Shown piece after piece: positions 19,393 through 29,200 of a stretch of 64,000 nucleotides of DNA. The notes below the pieces were generated by a model. It did not search any database. It was given only the letters and a program-made list of their open reading frames with translations, and was not told where the DNA came from. Source of the DNA: a candidate division WOR-3 bacterium (GTDB taxonomy: Bacteria > Hydrothermota > Tepidihabitantia > SM23-42 > JAOAFX01); the NCBI GenBank assembly GCA_037444665.1, contig JBBILZ010000001.1:32001-96000 (forward strand), given 5' to 3'. Every line of letters starts with the position of its first letter. Within the stretch, counting starts at the first letter, position 1. The translations under genes were made by a program, and so were the position numbers.

Positions 19393-20691
19393 GTGAAAAG
19401 TATTCGCCAAAATCTATTAATAAAAGCCCTCAGAGGCAGAGCAGAGATTAATTATTTAACAGGAAAAATTGACGAAGGCATAAGAGATTATACACAGATA
19501 CTCCAAGAATATGGTGAGAAGAATAGAGACGGAAATTTTTTTACAATGTTGGATACGATGATTCATATTGCTAATCTTCTGGCGGTTGGAAAGAGTGATT
19601 TTTCAGGGGCACAAACACTGATAAAAAAAGCATTTAAAAAATTGGGCAAAAAAATGAATACCCGTACCTATGCCCGTGGTCTAAATTGTCTGGGTATAAT
19701 TTTTAGGCGCCAAAGTAAATATGTTCAAGCACTAAGTCATTTCAGAAAAGCCTTACGCATATATCAGACTTTAAAAGAAAAAGAAGGTATCGCCGGTGTT
19801 TACTCTAACATTGCGCTTACCTATTTTAACAAAGGTAATCTTGATATTGCACTGAAATATTATAAAAAATGCTTCATTCTATGCCGAGATTCAAATGACC
19901 TGCCGACCATAGGAACAACCCTGGGCAATATCGGCCTTGTTTATCAGGAAAAGCGTCAATATGATAATGCTTTAAAGTACTATAAAGATTATTATGCACT
20001 GTCTCTAAAATCAGGCCATAAATTGGGTGTCAGTATTGCTTTAAGAGACATTGGCGCAATTTATGAAAAAAAATGTTTTTATGATAGGGCATTAGAATAT
20101 TACAAGAAATCTCTTACTATAGCCGAAGAGATAAATGCACAAAGAGAAATCGGCATTGTTTCCGGACTCATTGGCTTCACATATAAAGAGCAGGGAGACT
20201 TTACCAATGCACTAAAATATTTGACCAGGGCGCTATCTATATTTGAAAAAATCTCTGATAAAAAACGGTTGGGTTTTGCTTTTATGCATTTAGGGATGGT
20301 CTATAGCGAACTCAAAAAATTTGAGGTAGCAAAACAGTATCTCAATCAGGCTCAAAAAATTTTTGAAGATATCGGTGATAAAATATCTCTGTCCCGTGTT
20401 TTTACCTTGCTCTCAAAATTGGAGACCACACAGGGGAACGATAGTTACAATGAAAGATAAATATTTTTCTCAACAATCTTGAAGACTCGTGTGAGACTTG
20501 AATATGCAAAATCTCTTTACGAACTTGGGAAAGTATACCTAACTTGTCGTGAAACGTGGAACGTGAAAGGTAAAACGGCGAAAAAGGCGTTACAATATTT
20601 AAAAGAAGCAGAAAAGATTTTCAAAAAAGCAGGTGCTGAATTGTGGTTGAAGAAAACCAGCGACTTAATAAATCAATTACCCAATTATTAA
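19393..20691 (+). pseudogene. TPR cassette 1, interrupted by an in-frame TAA at 20458-20460
   Basis: GTG 19393 MKSIRQNLLIKALRGRA; ~40-aa TPR repeats; ORFs 19297..20460 and 20479..20691 share a frame, and the latter matches the C-terminus of cassette 3. Confidence 0.7.
20505..20669 (+). repeat. 165-bp imperfect direct repeat, copy 1 (copy 2 at 23431-23595)
   Basis: Colinear and gap-free; shared blocks TGCAAAATCTCTTTACGAACTTGGGAAAGTATA and ATTTTCAAAAAAGCAGGTGCTGAATTGTGGTT. Confidence 0.9.
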
Positions 20692-22155
20692 ATGAAGGTG
20701 GATGCAAGAAGAGACCTTTTATTACGTGCATTAGAAGGAAAGGGTGCGGTTTTAATGTTGATTGGAAAATTTGATGCAGCTGCGAGCCTTTATCATCAAT
20801 TGGCAAATAAGGGGCAGGATAATCCACTGATCGTAGCAAGGGCAGAAAGATCAATTGCTGATGTTTACCTGAAACAGGGCAAATACGATGAAGCTCTAAA
20901 AATTCTTGAAGGCAAAAAAGAAAATATCATCGGTGATTCAGAAAGTGGAGCAATTGAAAAGGCGTTAATTCATATATCTAAAGGTGGGGTTTACAGGTAT
21001 AAAGGAGAATTAAGAAAAGCAACTAAAGAAATAAACAATGGATTAAAAATCTTATCTTTTATTCACAAAGAAACTAAGTTAAAAAAGAGATTTATTATCA
21101 AAAAAGCGCAGGCAACCGCCTTCAATAACCTGGCTTCAATTTCTCTGCTTAAAGGTAATTATAAAAAAGCAATAAAATTGTATAACAAATCATTGAAAAT
21201 AATAAAAGATTTAAACGAAAAACAGGCAATTGGAACAACAAACGGTAATCTGGGCCTAATTTTTTTGGATAAAGGCGAATATTCAAAGGCAATTAATCTA
21301 TTTATGAACCATATAAAAATATCAAAAATGATTGGTGATAAACGAGGCCTTAGTTTGGCAATTGGGAATTTAGGTTTGGTCTATGAAAATATGGGCAATT
21401 ATAATAAGGCGATTGGGTTATTTACCAGATATCTTAAAATCGCTCAAGAGTTAGGAGATGAGCGTGGGATAGGGACTGCCTGTGGTAATTTAGGGCTGGC
21501 GTATAGAGACAAACAACAATATTCTGAAGCAATTAAATTTCTCTTAAAAGATTTGGTCATTTCCGAAAAAATAGGCGACAGATACGGTTCCGGTATCTCT
21601 TGCTTAAATCTGGCTTTTGCTTATCTGGAAAAAGATAGTTTTAATGATGCAAAAAAATATTTATTCAGATCATTTAAAATATTTAAGAATATGGGTGATA
21701 CATTTGATATGATTTATGTTAATCTGGGTTTAGCACTGTTAGGTTTATTGAAAATTAAAATGGGAACTGCGTCGCGACTTAGTATTGGGAAAACATTAAA
21801 ATTTATTAAAAACGCACTAAAAACTGCAAAGGAGATGAATTCTAAAACAGCAATAGCAGATTGTTATTTTATATTTGCAAAAGCATATGTAGCCATTTCC
21901 AACTTCAAAAATGCTCAAATATATTTTAAAAAAGCCATCAAATATTTCAATAATCTGAAGTCAAAAAGGATGCTCGCTGATTCATACTTTGAATACGCAA
22001 AAATGCTAAAAAACTGGGAATCACCGAGACTTGAAGGTACCAGGAAATTTGAACAAAATTTAAAAAGGGCATTAAAGATATATAATGAATTAAGCTTGCC
22101 ACAAAAAATCAAAGAAGTAAAAAAAGTAATGGAACAAAACTTTGCTAATGATTAA
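20692..22155 (+). CDS. TPR cassette 2 (TPR_12-type repeats)
   Basis: MKVDARRDLLLRALEGKG; repeated GNLGLxYxxxGxYxKAI; ATG directly after the cassette 1 stop. Confidence 0.88.
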   Translation: MKVDARRDLLLRALEGKGAVLMLIGKFDAAASLYHQLANKGQDNPLIVARAERSIADVYLKQGKYDEALKILEGKKENIIGDSESGAIEKALIHISKGGVYRYKGELRKATKEINNGLKILSFIHKETKLKKRFIIKKAQATAFNNLASISLLKGNYKKAIKLYNKSLKIIKDLNEKQAIGTTNGNLGLIFLDKGEYSKAINLFMNHIKISKMIGDKRGLSLAIGNLGLVYENMGNYNKAIGLFTRYLKIAQELGDERGIGTACGNLGLAYRDKQQYSEAIKFLLKDLVISEKIGDRYGSGISCLNLAFAYLEKDSFNDAKKYLFRSFKIFKNMGDTFDMIYVNLGLALLGLLKIKMGTASRLSIGKTLKFIKNALKTAKEMNSKTAIADCYFIFAKAYVAISNFKNAQIYFKKAIKYFNNLKSKRMLADSYFEYAKMLKNWESPRLEGTRKFEQNLKRALKIYNELSLPQKIKEVKKVMEQNFAND

Positions 22156-23602
22156 AACCGGAAATTTAAGAAAACAGTTGCTAATCGACGCATTAGAAGG
22201 AAGAGCCAATGTATATAGACTTATAGGCGAATACGATGAAGCAATACAAGACTATCAGAAGGCTATATTCTGGTGTAAAAAGGGAACAAAACCAGACTCC
22301 CTTTTAATAGCAAATCTAATAATTCACCTTGCTGACATCTTTCGAGAAGGCAAAAATGATTATGATAAGTCAGCGATGCTTATTAAAAAATTATTTAACA
22401 GGATGAGTAAAAAAAATAAAAATGCGCTTTATCCACTCGGTTTAAATATCCTTGGTATTATTCTCACCCACAGAGGAAGGTATAAACAAGCACTGGAATA
22501 TCATAAAAAGGCACTCAGTATTAATAAAAAATTAAAGGACAAAACAGAAACAGGGAAAACATATTTGGTTATTGGAGACATTTATTATTATACAGGTGAC
22601 TTCACAAATGCATTGAAATACTACAAAAAATCGGCTACAATATTAAAAACAACAGGCAATAAAACCAATCTTGATATAGCTTATAATAATATCGGTTCTA
22701 TTTATTATGACCAGGGTAAATCTTTTATGGCGTTAAAATATTACAAAAGATCTCTTAACATATCTGAAAAGATAGAATCCAAACTTGATATTGGCGTTAC
22801 TTGTGGCAATATTGGAACAGTATATCATAGTATAGGCAACCTTGATATTGCCTTGAAATATTATGAGAAATCTATTAACATATTAAAGCAGATTGATTAT
22901 AAAATAGGAATTACCACAGGTTACAACAACCTTGGTGCTGCATATTACGATAAAGGTAGATTCCATACCGCATTGAGATACTATAGAAAATCTTTAAGTA
23001 CATTTCAGGAGATAGGTTATTATTTGGGGATTGGACTCGTTTATTTGAAGATGGGTCAGGCTTATACAGGATTAAGAAATTTCAGCCGAGCGGATAAATA
23101 TCTTAAATTAGCAGAAAAAATATTTATGGGGAATCCCAATAAAAAAATTCTATCAAAAATTTATATAGGTTTCTCGGAATTATACTACGGAAAAAAAGAT
23201 TACGAAGGTGCATTTAAACATGCAAACAAGGCACTCTCTTTAACAAGAGAAACAAAAATAATAGAACAGAAGATTTCGGCATTAAGACTAATGGGGAAGG
23301 CAATAAAGTGCCTGACGCATAATACAGGGCACACGATGCAGGATAAAGCAATACCATCCACTAAAAAAGCGATTTCTTATCTTGAAGAATCAATTGCCCT
23401 TGCGCGGAGATACAATATGAAACTGGAACTTGCAAAATCTCTTTACGAACTTGGGAAAGTATATTTACCTTCTCGTGAAACGGAAAATGCGAAAGGCGAA
23501 ACGGAGAAAAAGGCGTTACGATATTTAAAAGAAGCAGCAGAAATTTTCAAAAAAGCAGGTGCTGAATTGTGGTTAAAGAAAGTAAAAAACTTAATCGCTT
23601 AA
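22148..23602 (+). CDS. TPR cassette 3 (TPR_12-type repeats)
   Basis: MIKTGNLRKQLLIDALEGRAN; repeated NIGxxYxxxGxxxxALKYY; ATG overlaps the cassette 2 stop (ATGATTAA). Confidence 0.88.
   Translation: MIKTGNLRKQLLIDALEGRANVYRLIGEYDEAIQDYQKAIFWCKKGTKPDSLLIANLIIHLADIFREGKNDYDKSAMLIKKLFNRMSKKNKNALYPLGLNILGIILTHRGRYKQALEYHKKALSINKKLKDKTETGKTYLVIGDIYYYTGDFTNALKYYKKSATILKTTGNKTNLDIAYNNIGSIYYDQGKSFMALKYYKRSLNISEKIESKLDIGVTCGNIGTVYHSIGNLDIALKYYEKSINILKQIDYKIGITTGYNNLGAAYYDKGRFHTALRYYRKSLSTFQEIGYYLGIGLVYLKMGQAYTGLRNFSRADKYLKLAEKIFMGNPNKKILSKIYIGFSELYYGKKDYEGAFKHANKALSLTRETKIIEQKISALRLMGKAIKCLTHNTGHTMQDKAIPSTKKAISYLEESIALARRYNMKLELAKSLYELGKVYLPSRETENAKGETEKKALRYLKEAAEIFKKAGAELWLKKVKNLIA
23431..23595 (+). 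repeat. 165-bp imperfect direct repeat, copy 2
   Basis: See 20505-20669. Confidence 0.9.
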
Positions 23603-23759
23603 TTATTATCAGAAACCCAGTAATAAATAAACTAAAATATATAAAAAGTAAAATGATATTCATACAGAATAGAGTTAAGCTTAATTCTTTACATTATTGA
23701 CATAGCGAATTTAATCTATATAATAATTTATTATATCTAATAAGTGTTAAGGAGGCATA

Positions 23760-24845
23760 ATGGCGATTACTTTGAGCATTATTAAGGCAGATATTGGTGG
23801 GTATGTGGGGCACTCAAGCATGCATCCCAATATAATTGCCCGTGCAATTCAATTGCTTGATGCCCAGAAAAATAAGGGCACAATTGTTGACTTCCATGTT
23901 TCGCATTGTGGCGATGACCTGGAACTCATTATGAGCCATCGGCTCGGCAATGATTCTAATGAGATTCATAAACTTGCCTGGGACATATTTGTTGAATGCA
24001 CAAATGTCGCAAAAGAATTAAAACTTTATGGTGCGGGTCAGGACCTTCTTTCTGATGCCTTCTCTGGTAATGTCAAAGGTATGGGACCAGGCTGTGCTGA
24101 AATGACCTTTGAAGAACGTAAAAGTGAACCGGTTATTGTCTTTGCCGCAGATAAAACCTCTCCTGGTGCCTGGAACTATCCTTTATTCAAAATGTTTGCT
24201 GACCCATTCAATACAATTGGACTGGTCATTGACCCGAGCATGCACGATGGATTTGTTTTTGAAGTGCACGATGTTTTCCATGACAAGAATGCCAAAATGA
24301 ACACACCCGAAGATATGTATGACCTTTTGTGTCTCATTGGTGCATCTGAACATTATATTATAAAGAATGTCTATAAAAAAGATGGCACCATTGCTGCGAC
24401 AACTTCAACCCAGAAAGTAAATTTACTTGCAGGAAGATATGTAGGTAAAGATGACCCGGTAATGATTGTGCGCTGTCAGAGTGGTCTACCTGCAGTTGGT
24501 GAGGTACTTGAGCCATTCTCATTCCCTTATATGGTAACAGGCTGGATGCGTGGCTCACACTGGGGACCATTTATGCCAGTTTCAGTGGAACAAGCAAACC
24601 CCACAAGGTTTGACGGGCCACCAAGGCTAATTGCACTGGGCTTTCAAATATCAAATGGAATGCTTGTTGGACCAAGGGATATGTTTGCTGACCCGAGTTA
24701 TGACCATACCAGGCAGAAGGCAAATGAGATTGCTGATTATATCAGAAGGCATGGTCCATTTGAACCACAAAGGTTACCTCTTACGGAAATGGAATATACT
24801 ACACTTCCTCAGGTGCTCAATAAATTAAAAGACCGGTTTAAATAG
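23760..24845 (+). CDS. fbp: Fructose-1,6-bisphosphate aldolase/phosphatase (class V, archaeal type)
   Basis: KADIGG..GH, GDD, YGAGQDLL.DAFSGN, YVGKDDP, GWMRGSH; promoter TTGACA(23697), 16 bp, TATAAT; AGGAGG. Confidence 0.95.
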   Translation: MAITLSIIKADIGGYVGHSSMHPNIIARAIQLLDAQKNKGTIVDFHVSHCGDDLELIMSHRLGNDSNEIHKLAWDIFVECTNVAKELKLYGAGQDLLSDAFSGNVKGMGPGCAEMTFEERKSEPVIVFAADKTSPGAWNYPLFKMFADPFNTIGLVIDPSMHDGFVFEVHDVFHDKNAKMNTPEDMYDLLCLIGASEHYIIKNVYKKDGTIAATTSTQKVNLLAGRYVGKDDPVMIVRCQSGLPAVGEVLEPFSFPYMVTGWMRGSHWGPFMPVSVEQANPTRFDGPPRLIALGFQISNGMLVGPRDMFADPSYDHTRQKANEIADYIRRHGPFEPQRLPLTEMEYTTLPQVLNKLKDRFK

Positions 24846-24871
24846 AAAAGCGATAAATTTTTCAATCCCTA

Positions 24872-24905
24872 AAAATCCCCCTTTTTTAAGGGGGATTTTA
24901 TTTTT
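24872..24905 (+). terminator. Intrinsic terminator after fbp
   Basis: AAAATCCCCCTT/AAGGGGGATTTT stem followed by a T-rich tract. Confidence 0.8.
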
Positions 24906-24950
24906 AAAAAAATTTACTTGACTAAGGACAAAATCCGCATATAATTTCGC

Positions 24951-26009
24951 ATGAATAAAATATTATTTAAATATTTCAGTTTTCAGCATTATATTATCTC
25001 AGAAAAAAAAGCGCTGGTGATTTTTTTATTATCAATAATCACCCTCTGCTCTGCTCAGATCTGGCAACCTGGTGCTACTGGATATACATTTTTGAAATTG
25101 GGTATTGGTGTTCGTCCAGTGGCAATGGGTAATGCATTTACTGCTTTGAGCGATGATGGCAATGCAGTATTCTGGAACCCGGCAGGGCTCGGCGTTAATA
25201 ACAGTTATTATATTTCGGGTATGGGAATGTCGCATCTTGGTTTTATCCAGTATTATAATCTAACTTCATCAATCTTTTTAGGCAAAAAGGCCGGCTCACT
25301 GGGCATTGGTATTTGCTACCTGACTGCAAAAGATACAAGGCGTGATGAGGCAGGCAATGAATCTGAAGATTTCCGTAATTCTGATATGCTGTTAAATTGT
25401 GGTTATGGAAAGAGTATTGGCAAAAAAAATCAAATCTCATTTGGTGGTGGTGCAAAAGTTGTTTACAGTCGGCTGGAGAGTGTGAGTGCCTATGGATTCC
25501 TGGGTGATTTTGGTCTAATACTACATCCTGTTAAATTTATTTATTTAGGAACCACAATCAAAAATTTAGGCACACCAAGAAAGTTTATTGAAAAGTGGGA
25601 ATATCCACCAGTAAATTTTCGGCAGGGGCTTGCCTTAAAAATACCATTCGGTCAAAGCCACTGGGCACTGAGCATTGATTATTCTCTATATCCAGACTAT
25701 ATACCAACATTTTCTATTGGTAGTGAAGTTCACATTCGTGAACCAAAGATAATGCAACAAACTACCAAAGCAATATTTGGTCAGGAAACAATGATTTCGG
25801 GATTTTCCTTGATGGCTGGTTATCAGACTGGTTATCAGGACCTGGGCTGGTCAGGTTTAACTTTTGGTTTTTCTTTAGAGATAATGATAGGCTCGGGACT
25901 ATTTCTTGATATTGGTGCAGTAGCTCTCTCCTACGGATATTTAGGCTATTCTGAGCGTATCGGTATTGGATTAAATTATGCGCCAGAGTTAAAGAAGGCA
26001 AAGAGTTAG
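24951..26009 (+). CDS. PorV/PorQ (UPF0164) family outer-membrane protein
   Basis: FLKLGIGVRPVAMGNAFTALSDDGNAVFWNPAGL signature. Confidence 0.82.
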   Translation: MNKILFKYFSFQHYIISEKKALVIFLLSIITLCSAQIWQPGATGYTFLKLGIGVRPVAMGNAFTALSDDGNAVFWNPAGLGVNNSYYISGMGMSHLGFIQYYNLTSSIFLGKKAGSLGIGICYLTAKDTRRDEAGNESEDFRNSDMLLNCGYGKSIGKKNQISFGGGAKVVYSRLESVSAYGFLGDFGLILHPVKFIYLGTTIKNLGTPRKFIEKWEYPPVNFRQGLALKIPFGQSHWALSIDYSLYPDYIPTFSIGSEVHIREPKIMQQTTKAIFGQETMISGFSLMAGYQTGYQDLGWSGLTFGFSLEIMIGSGLFLDIGAVALSYGYLGYSERIGIGLNYAPELKKAKS

Positions 26010-26976
26010 TATAATTACTCGCCGCATTCCAGATTAGTATTCCATCTGCATCAGCATTCATAGCACCCAATATTTGAGAAAATATATAATCATCATTATA
26101 GTCTTCAGCATAAAGGTCAAAACCCTGGACAAATGGAATCACCTTTACATTGAGTGGTAATTTTTTGAATGCCTCTTCTACTGAATCAAAATAGATCCAG
26201 TAGTTCCGCCAGTATTCGCAGACCTCTTTTTTAAAGTTAGGATGAAAATGTGAAGGATAGAGCATTGGATAGACAACATCTACAACCGCGCCAAAGCGTG
26301 AGACTTCCTGGCCTTCGGTCTTTAAATCATACCACACTGCATAGCCAAAGATGCAGATGCCAATCTCAGCGTCAACCTTTTTTCTGACCTCTTCAAGGAA
26401 TCCAATGATTGGCTCATACCTTGAACCTTTGACATCGGTCCATCTGATGCTCTCAAGGTTCCCATCTGTTGGAAATCTTATGTAGTCAAAAGCAAATGAA
26501 TGAACCCCTTTTTTTGTCAACTCCTCAACAATACTTATCAGATACTGTTGCACTCTTTTATTATATGGATTTACCCAGGCAGTCCCTGTTTTATCATACC
26601 AGATTTTACCTGCTGTATCACGGATTGCACAATCATCATATTGAGCAAGATAACCATCACGAAAGCAGACAATCCTTGCAATCAATTTCACATTTTTCTC
26701 TTTACATCTTTTAATCAAATAATCAAGGTCAATGTATTTTCTGAATGCCTTAAGTTCCTTAACTAAATTTAGTTCTGATTCATAGGTGAGATAACCATAA
26801 TCACCTTTTAAATCCACAACGATTGTATTAATATAACCAGAGTCAGCATAAGCAAAGACCTTTTCTAAATAACTCTTCTTGCCTGCCTGATAAGGATTCA
26901 GATAGATACCCTGAATAAGACTATCAGGATTAGTCAAAAATATTGAATACAGGACAAATATTACACAGGGGTTCAT
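25762..26976 (-). CDS. Putative glycoside hydrolase (DUF4015-like TIM barrel)
   Basis: GIY, NTIVVDLK.D.G, IARIVCFRD, WVNP, FDYIRFP, PMLYPSH; start ATG 26976. Confidence 0.8.
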   Translation of the reverse strand: MNPCVIFVLYSIFLTNPDSLIQGIYLNPYQAGKKSYLEKVFAYADSGYINTIVVDLKGDYGYLTYESELNLVKELKAFRKYIDLDYLIKRCKEKNVKLIARIVCFRDGYLAQYDDCAIRDTAGKIWYDKTGTAWVNPYNKRVQQYLISIVEELTKKGVHSFAFDYIRFPTDGNLESIRWTDVKGSRYEPIIGFLEEVRKKVDAEIGICIFGYAVWYDLKTEGQEVSRFGAVVDVVYPMLYPSHFHPNFKKEVCEYWRNYWIYFDSVEEAFKKLPLNVKVIPFVQGFDLYAEDYNDDYIFSQILGAMNADADGILIWNAASNYTNSLPSLTLAHNLIQYRYAQNSLNIRRRELLHQYQEIVPSLSLSLKKNQKLNLTSPGPDNQSDNQPSRKIPKSLFPDQILLW

Positions 26977-27595
26977 TTTTCTTACAGAATTCTTTACCCA
27001 ATCTAACAATTAAAGCATGGTATTCATTGTATAATTGAGTATCTTTATATAAATTATCTTCAAATAATCTTTTGACCTCATCATAGTGAGCATCCTGGTT
27101 TATTAACTTATGCCTTGATAATATCCTGCGGGTATATGCATCAACCACAAAAACCGGTCTGCCCAGCGCATAAAGAAGAATGGAATCAGCAGTCTCATAC
27201 CCAATCCCCGGGATAGAGAGAAGTTCTTTTCTGATAATTTCTGTAGCCCTGGTTTCAAAATTTGCGATATCGCCTTCATAATTCTCAACAAAATACTTTA
27301 AGAAAGCAATCAATCTTTTGCTCTTCAGTCTATAGAATCCAGATGGCTTTATTAAATCTGGAATTCTGTCCATATTTTTTAACAATTTTTTGGGATTCAT
27401 TAATTTTGCTTTTTTAATGTTATTGATTGCCTTTTCTACATTTTTCCAGCTTGTATTCTGGGTGAGAATAGCACCTATCATAATCTCAAATGGCGAATCT
27501 CCAGGCCACCAGTATTGGGGACCAAATTTATTAAAAAGACAATAATAAATATTTAAAAATAATTTACCTGAATCTTTATCTCTCTTTTTGCCCAT
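26930..27595 (-). CDS. HhH-GPD endonuclease III-like protein
   Basis: GPQYWWP, GAILTQNTSW, GIGYETADSI, VVDAYT, EYHALIV. Confidence 0.9.
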   Translation of the reverse strand: MGKKRDKDSGKLFLNIYYCLFNKFGPQYWWPGDSPFEIMIGAILTQNTSWKNVEKAINNIKKAKLMNPKKLLKNMDRIPDLIKPSGFYRLKSKRLIAFLKYFVENYEGDIANFETRATEIIRKELLSIPGIGYETADSILLYALGRPVFVVDAYTRRILSRHKLINQDAHYDEVKRLFEDNLYKDTQLYNEYHALIVRLGKEFCKKNEPLCNICPVFNIFD

Positions 27596-27625
27596 TAATA
27601 ACTGGATACAATCTGAGTTGATTTT

Positions 27626-28270
27626 TTATTCTAAGTGATAGTCAGTGAGACTGAACTCACCATTACTATTCTTGAATCTAACCAGACCTATACCCGGTGC
27701 ATAGTATTCTTCTAAATATATCTGTTGGGAAATAGTTGAATCTGGTGTCGCAACAGACTCAGATATTGAGATAATAACCTTATAGACCTCGCCATAGAGT
27801 TCATCATCTTGATAGTCTGAAACCAATCCCTCTATCAAATATCTTGCCTTTATCCATTCACCAAAAAAATCAAGTGAATCTGAAAGCGAATCAATGAATC
27901 TATTTCCAGTGACCAATGGCAGTTCAAGTCTGGTAATATAACCCTGTAAAATTGTATAAATAGAGCCACCATAATTGTGCGTTATCTCTATATATTCTTT
28001 GATGCCTTTGATATCCTTAGAAAAATAATGGAATTCACCAGAAGCATTGAAAGGATAAACTTCCCTTTGTAATAATGTATCCACTGGTTCAACTGTAATA
28101 CTCACAATCTCGGGTTTGTATAAATCATTATTTGCGTATCGCCACCAATTCCCTTCTTTTACTGGAAAGTATTCACTGCCCGAACGCTCAATAATATTAT
28201 TCTTGCAGGAATTAGAAGAGATTATTATTATACACACTAAAACAGTTCTTATCAGCAATTTAAAATTCAT
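27626..28270 (-). CDS. Hypothetical lipoprotein
   Basis: Signal ending in SC; YFPVKEGNWWRY and YYAPGIGLV motifs. Confidence 0.72.
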   Translation of the reverse strand: MNFKLLIRTVLVCIIIISSNSCKNNIIERSGSEYFPVKEGNWWRYANNDLYKPEIVSITVEPVDTLLQREVYPFNASGEFHYFSKDIKGIKEYIEITHNYGGSIYTILQGYITRLELPLVTGNRFIDSLSDSLDFFGEWIKARYLIEGLVSDYQDDELYGEVYKVIISISESVATPDSTISQQIYLEEYYAPGIGLVRFKNSNGEFSLTDYHLE

Positions 28271-28724
28271 AACCAATCCCTAAATTTATGCCCAGGCTAC
28301 CAGCTTGGGCTTTAAAATCAGTTATACCACTGTAATAGAACATAGGATAGATATTCAGTGCCTCATAATGGAAATTTATGAGAAAACCGATTGTGTAATT
28401 GAATCCTATACCCCACTCCTTATTTTTGTTCAATGTTCTTGATACATAGCCACCACCAAATTCTAAGAATGGTGATATGCGCCAGTTCATTTTTTTTATC
28501 AAAAGTGTAACACCATAGTTACTAAAAGAATATCCCGGATTCTTTCCCTGATAATAAGAACCAAACAGCCCGAGGTCTAAATAGACATTATGATTTAAAT
28601 CTTCTTTACCGATAAATGCTTTAAAAGATAGACCGTTGTTCAACTCATTATCAAGCCCGATGATTGGTTGATTAAAACCTGCCTCAACACCTGCATGTAT
28701 ACTCAATATTACAATCAATAACAT
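28260..28724 (-). CDS. Hypothetical protein, probable small beta-barrel
   Basis: Amphipathic strands, C-terminal GIGYEF. Confidence 0.65.
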   Translation of the reverse strand: MLLIVILSIHAGVEAGFNQPIIGLDNELNNGLSFKAFIGKEDLNHNVYLDLGLFGSYYQGKNPGYSFSNYGVTLLIKKMNWRISPFLEFGGGYVSRTLNKNKEWGIGFNYTIGFLINFHYEALNIYPMFYYSGITDFKAQAGSLGINLGIGYEF

Positions 28725-28799
28725 ACTAAATAATAACTAAAAAAAAATAAAAGTCAAGAGAAAATGCACAGATAAATTTTTAGAGCTTTTCCTGAAAAT

Positions 28800-29200
28800 G
28801 TAGTGTAGGGCTTTATGCACGTGAAATAAAGGATATCAAGATATCAGAATATCAGAGGGAAGGGCATCAGGGTAGCAGGGTATCAGAGTATTTAATTGTA
28901 TTGTAGTTTCAGTACATTTCACCACGCAACATTACGGACTAAATTCTAAGCACTAAAAGAATCGTTTATCAGTTTATCCGCCAAACTGTATGGCGGACGA
29001 AAATCGCTTCGGTTAGGTTTTTGTAGTCGTTCAACGACAAACGACACCGTTAGACGAAACGCATCTCTAAACCGACAAACGTTTAACGATTTACGTGGGT
29101 AACTGAGATTTAAATATTGGTGTGGATTATGTTCCCCGATTCCTCCTGATTCCATTTCAGCATTTAGGTATTTAGGCATTTTGGACTTTTAGGCATTTTA
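28800..29200. repeat. Intergenic mosaic of degenerate short tandem repeats and palindromes
   Basis: 8-mer AGRRTATC-like run 28831-28889; TCCGCCA/TGGCGGA hairpin 28977-28997; 30 bp (29171-29200) identical to 56096-56125. Confidence 0.65.

Noticed and set aside
20505..23595. Diversity-generating retroelement TR/VR pair in the TPR array
   Set aside because: Mismatches include C/T and G/C changes rather than being adenine-specific, both copies are coding, and no reverse transcriptase is present.
13057..23760. Mobile island with att sites or a transposase
   Set aside because: No integrase, transposase, tRNA target or flanking direct repeat was seen at the lysS or fbp boundaries.
28940..29150. 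tmRNA, 6S RNA or a complete attC site
   Set aside because: No tRNA-like ends or tag peptide; pairing is too patchy for 6S; the RYYYAAC and GTTRRRY matches are only 13 bp apart; no integrase nearby.
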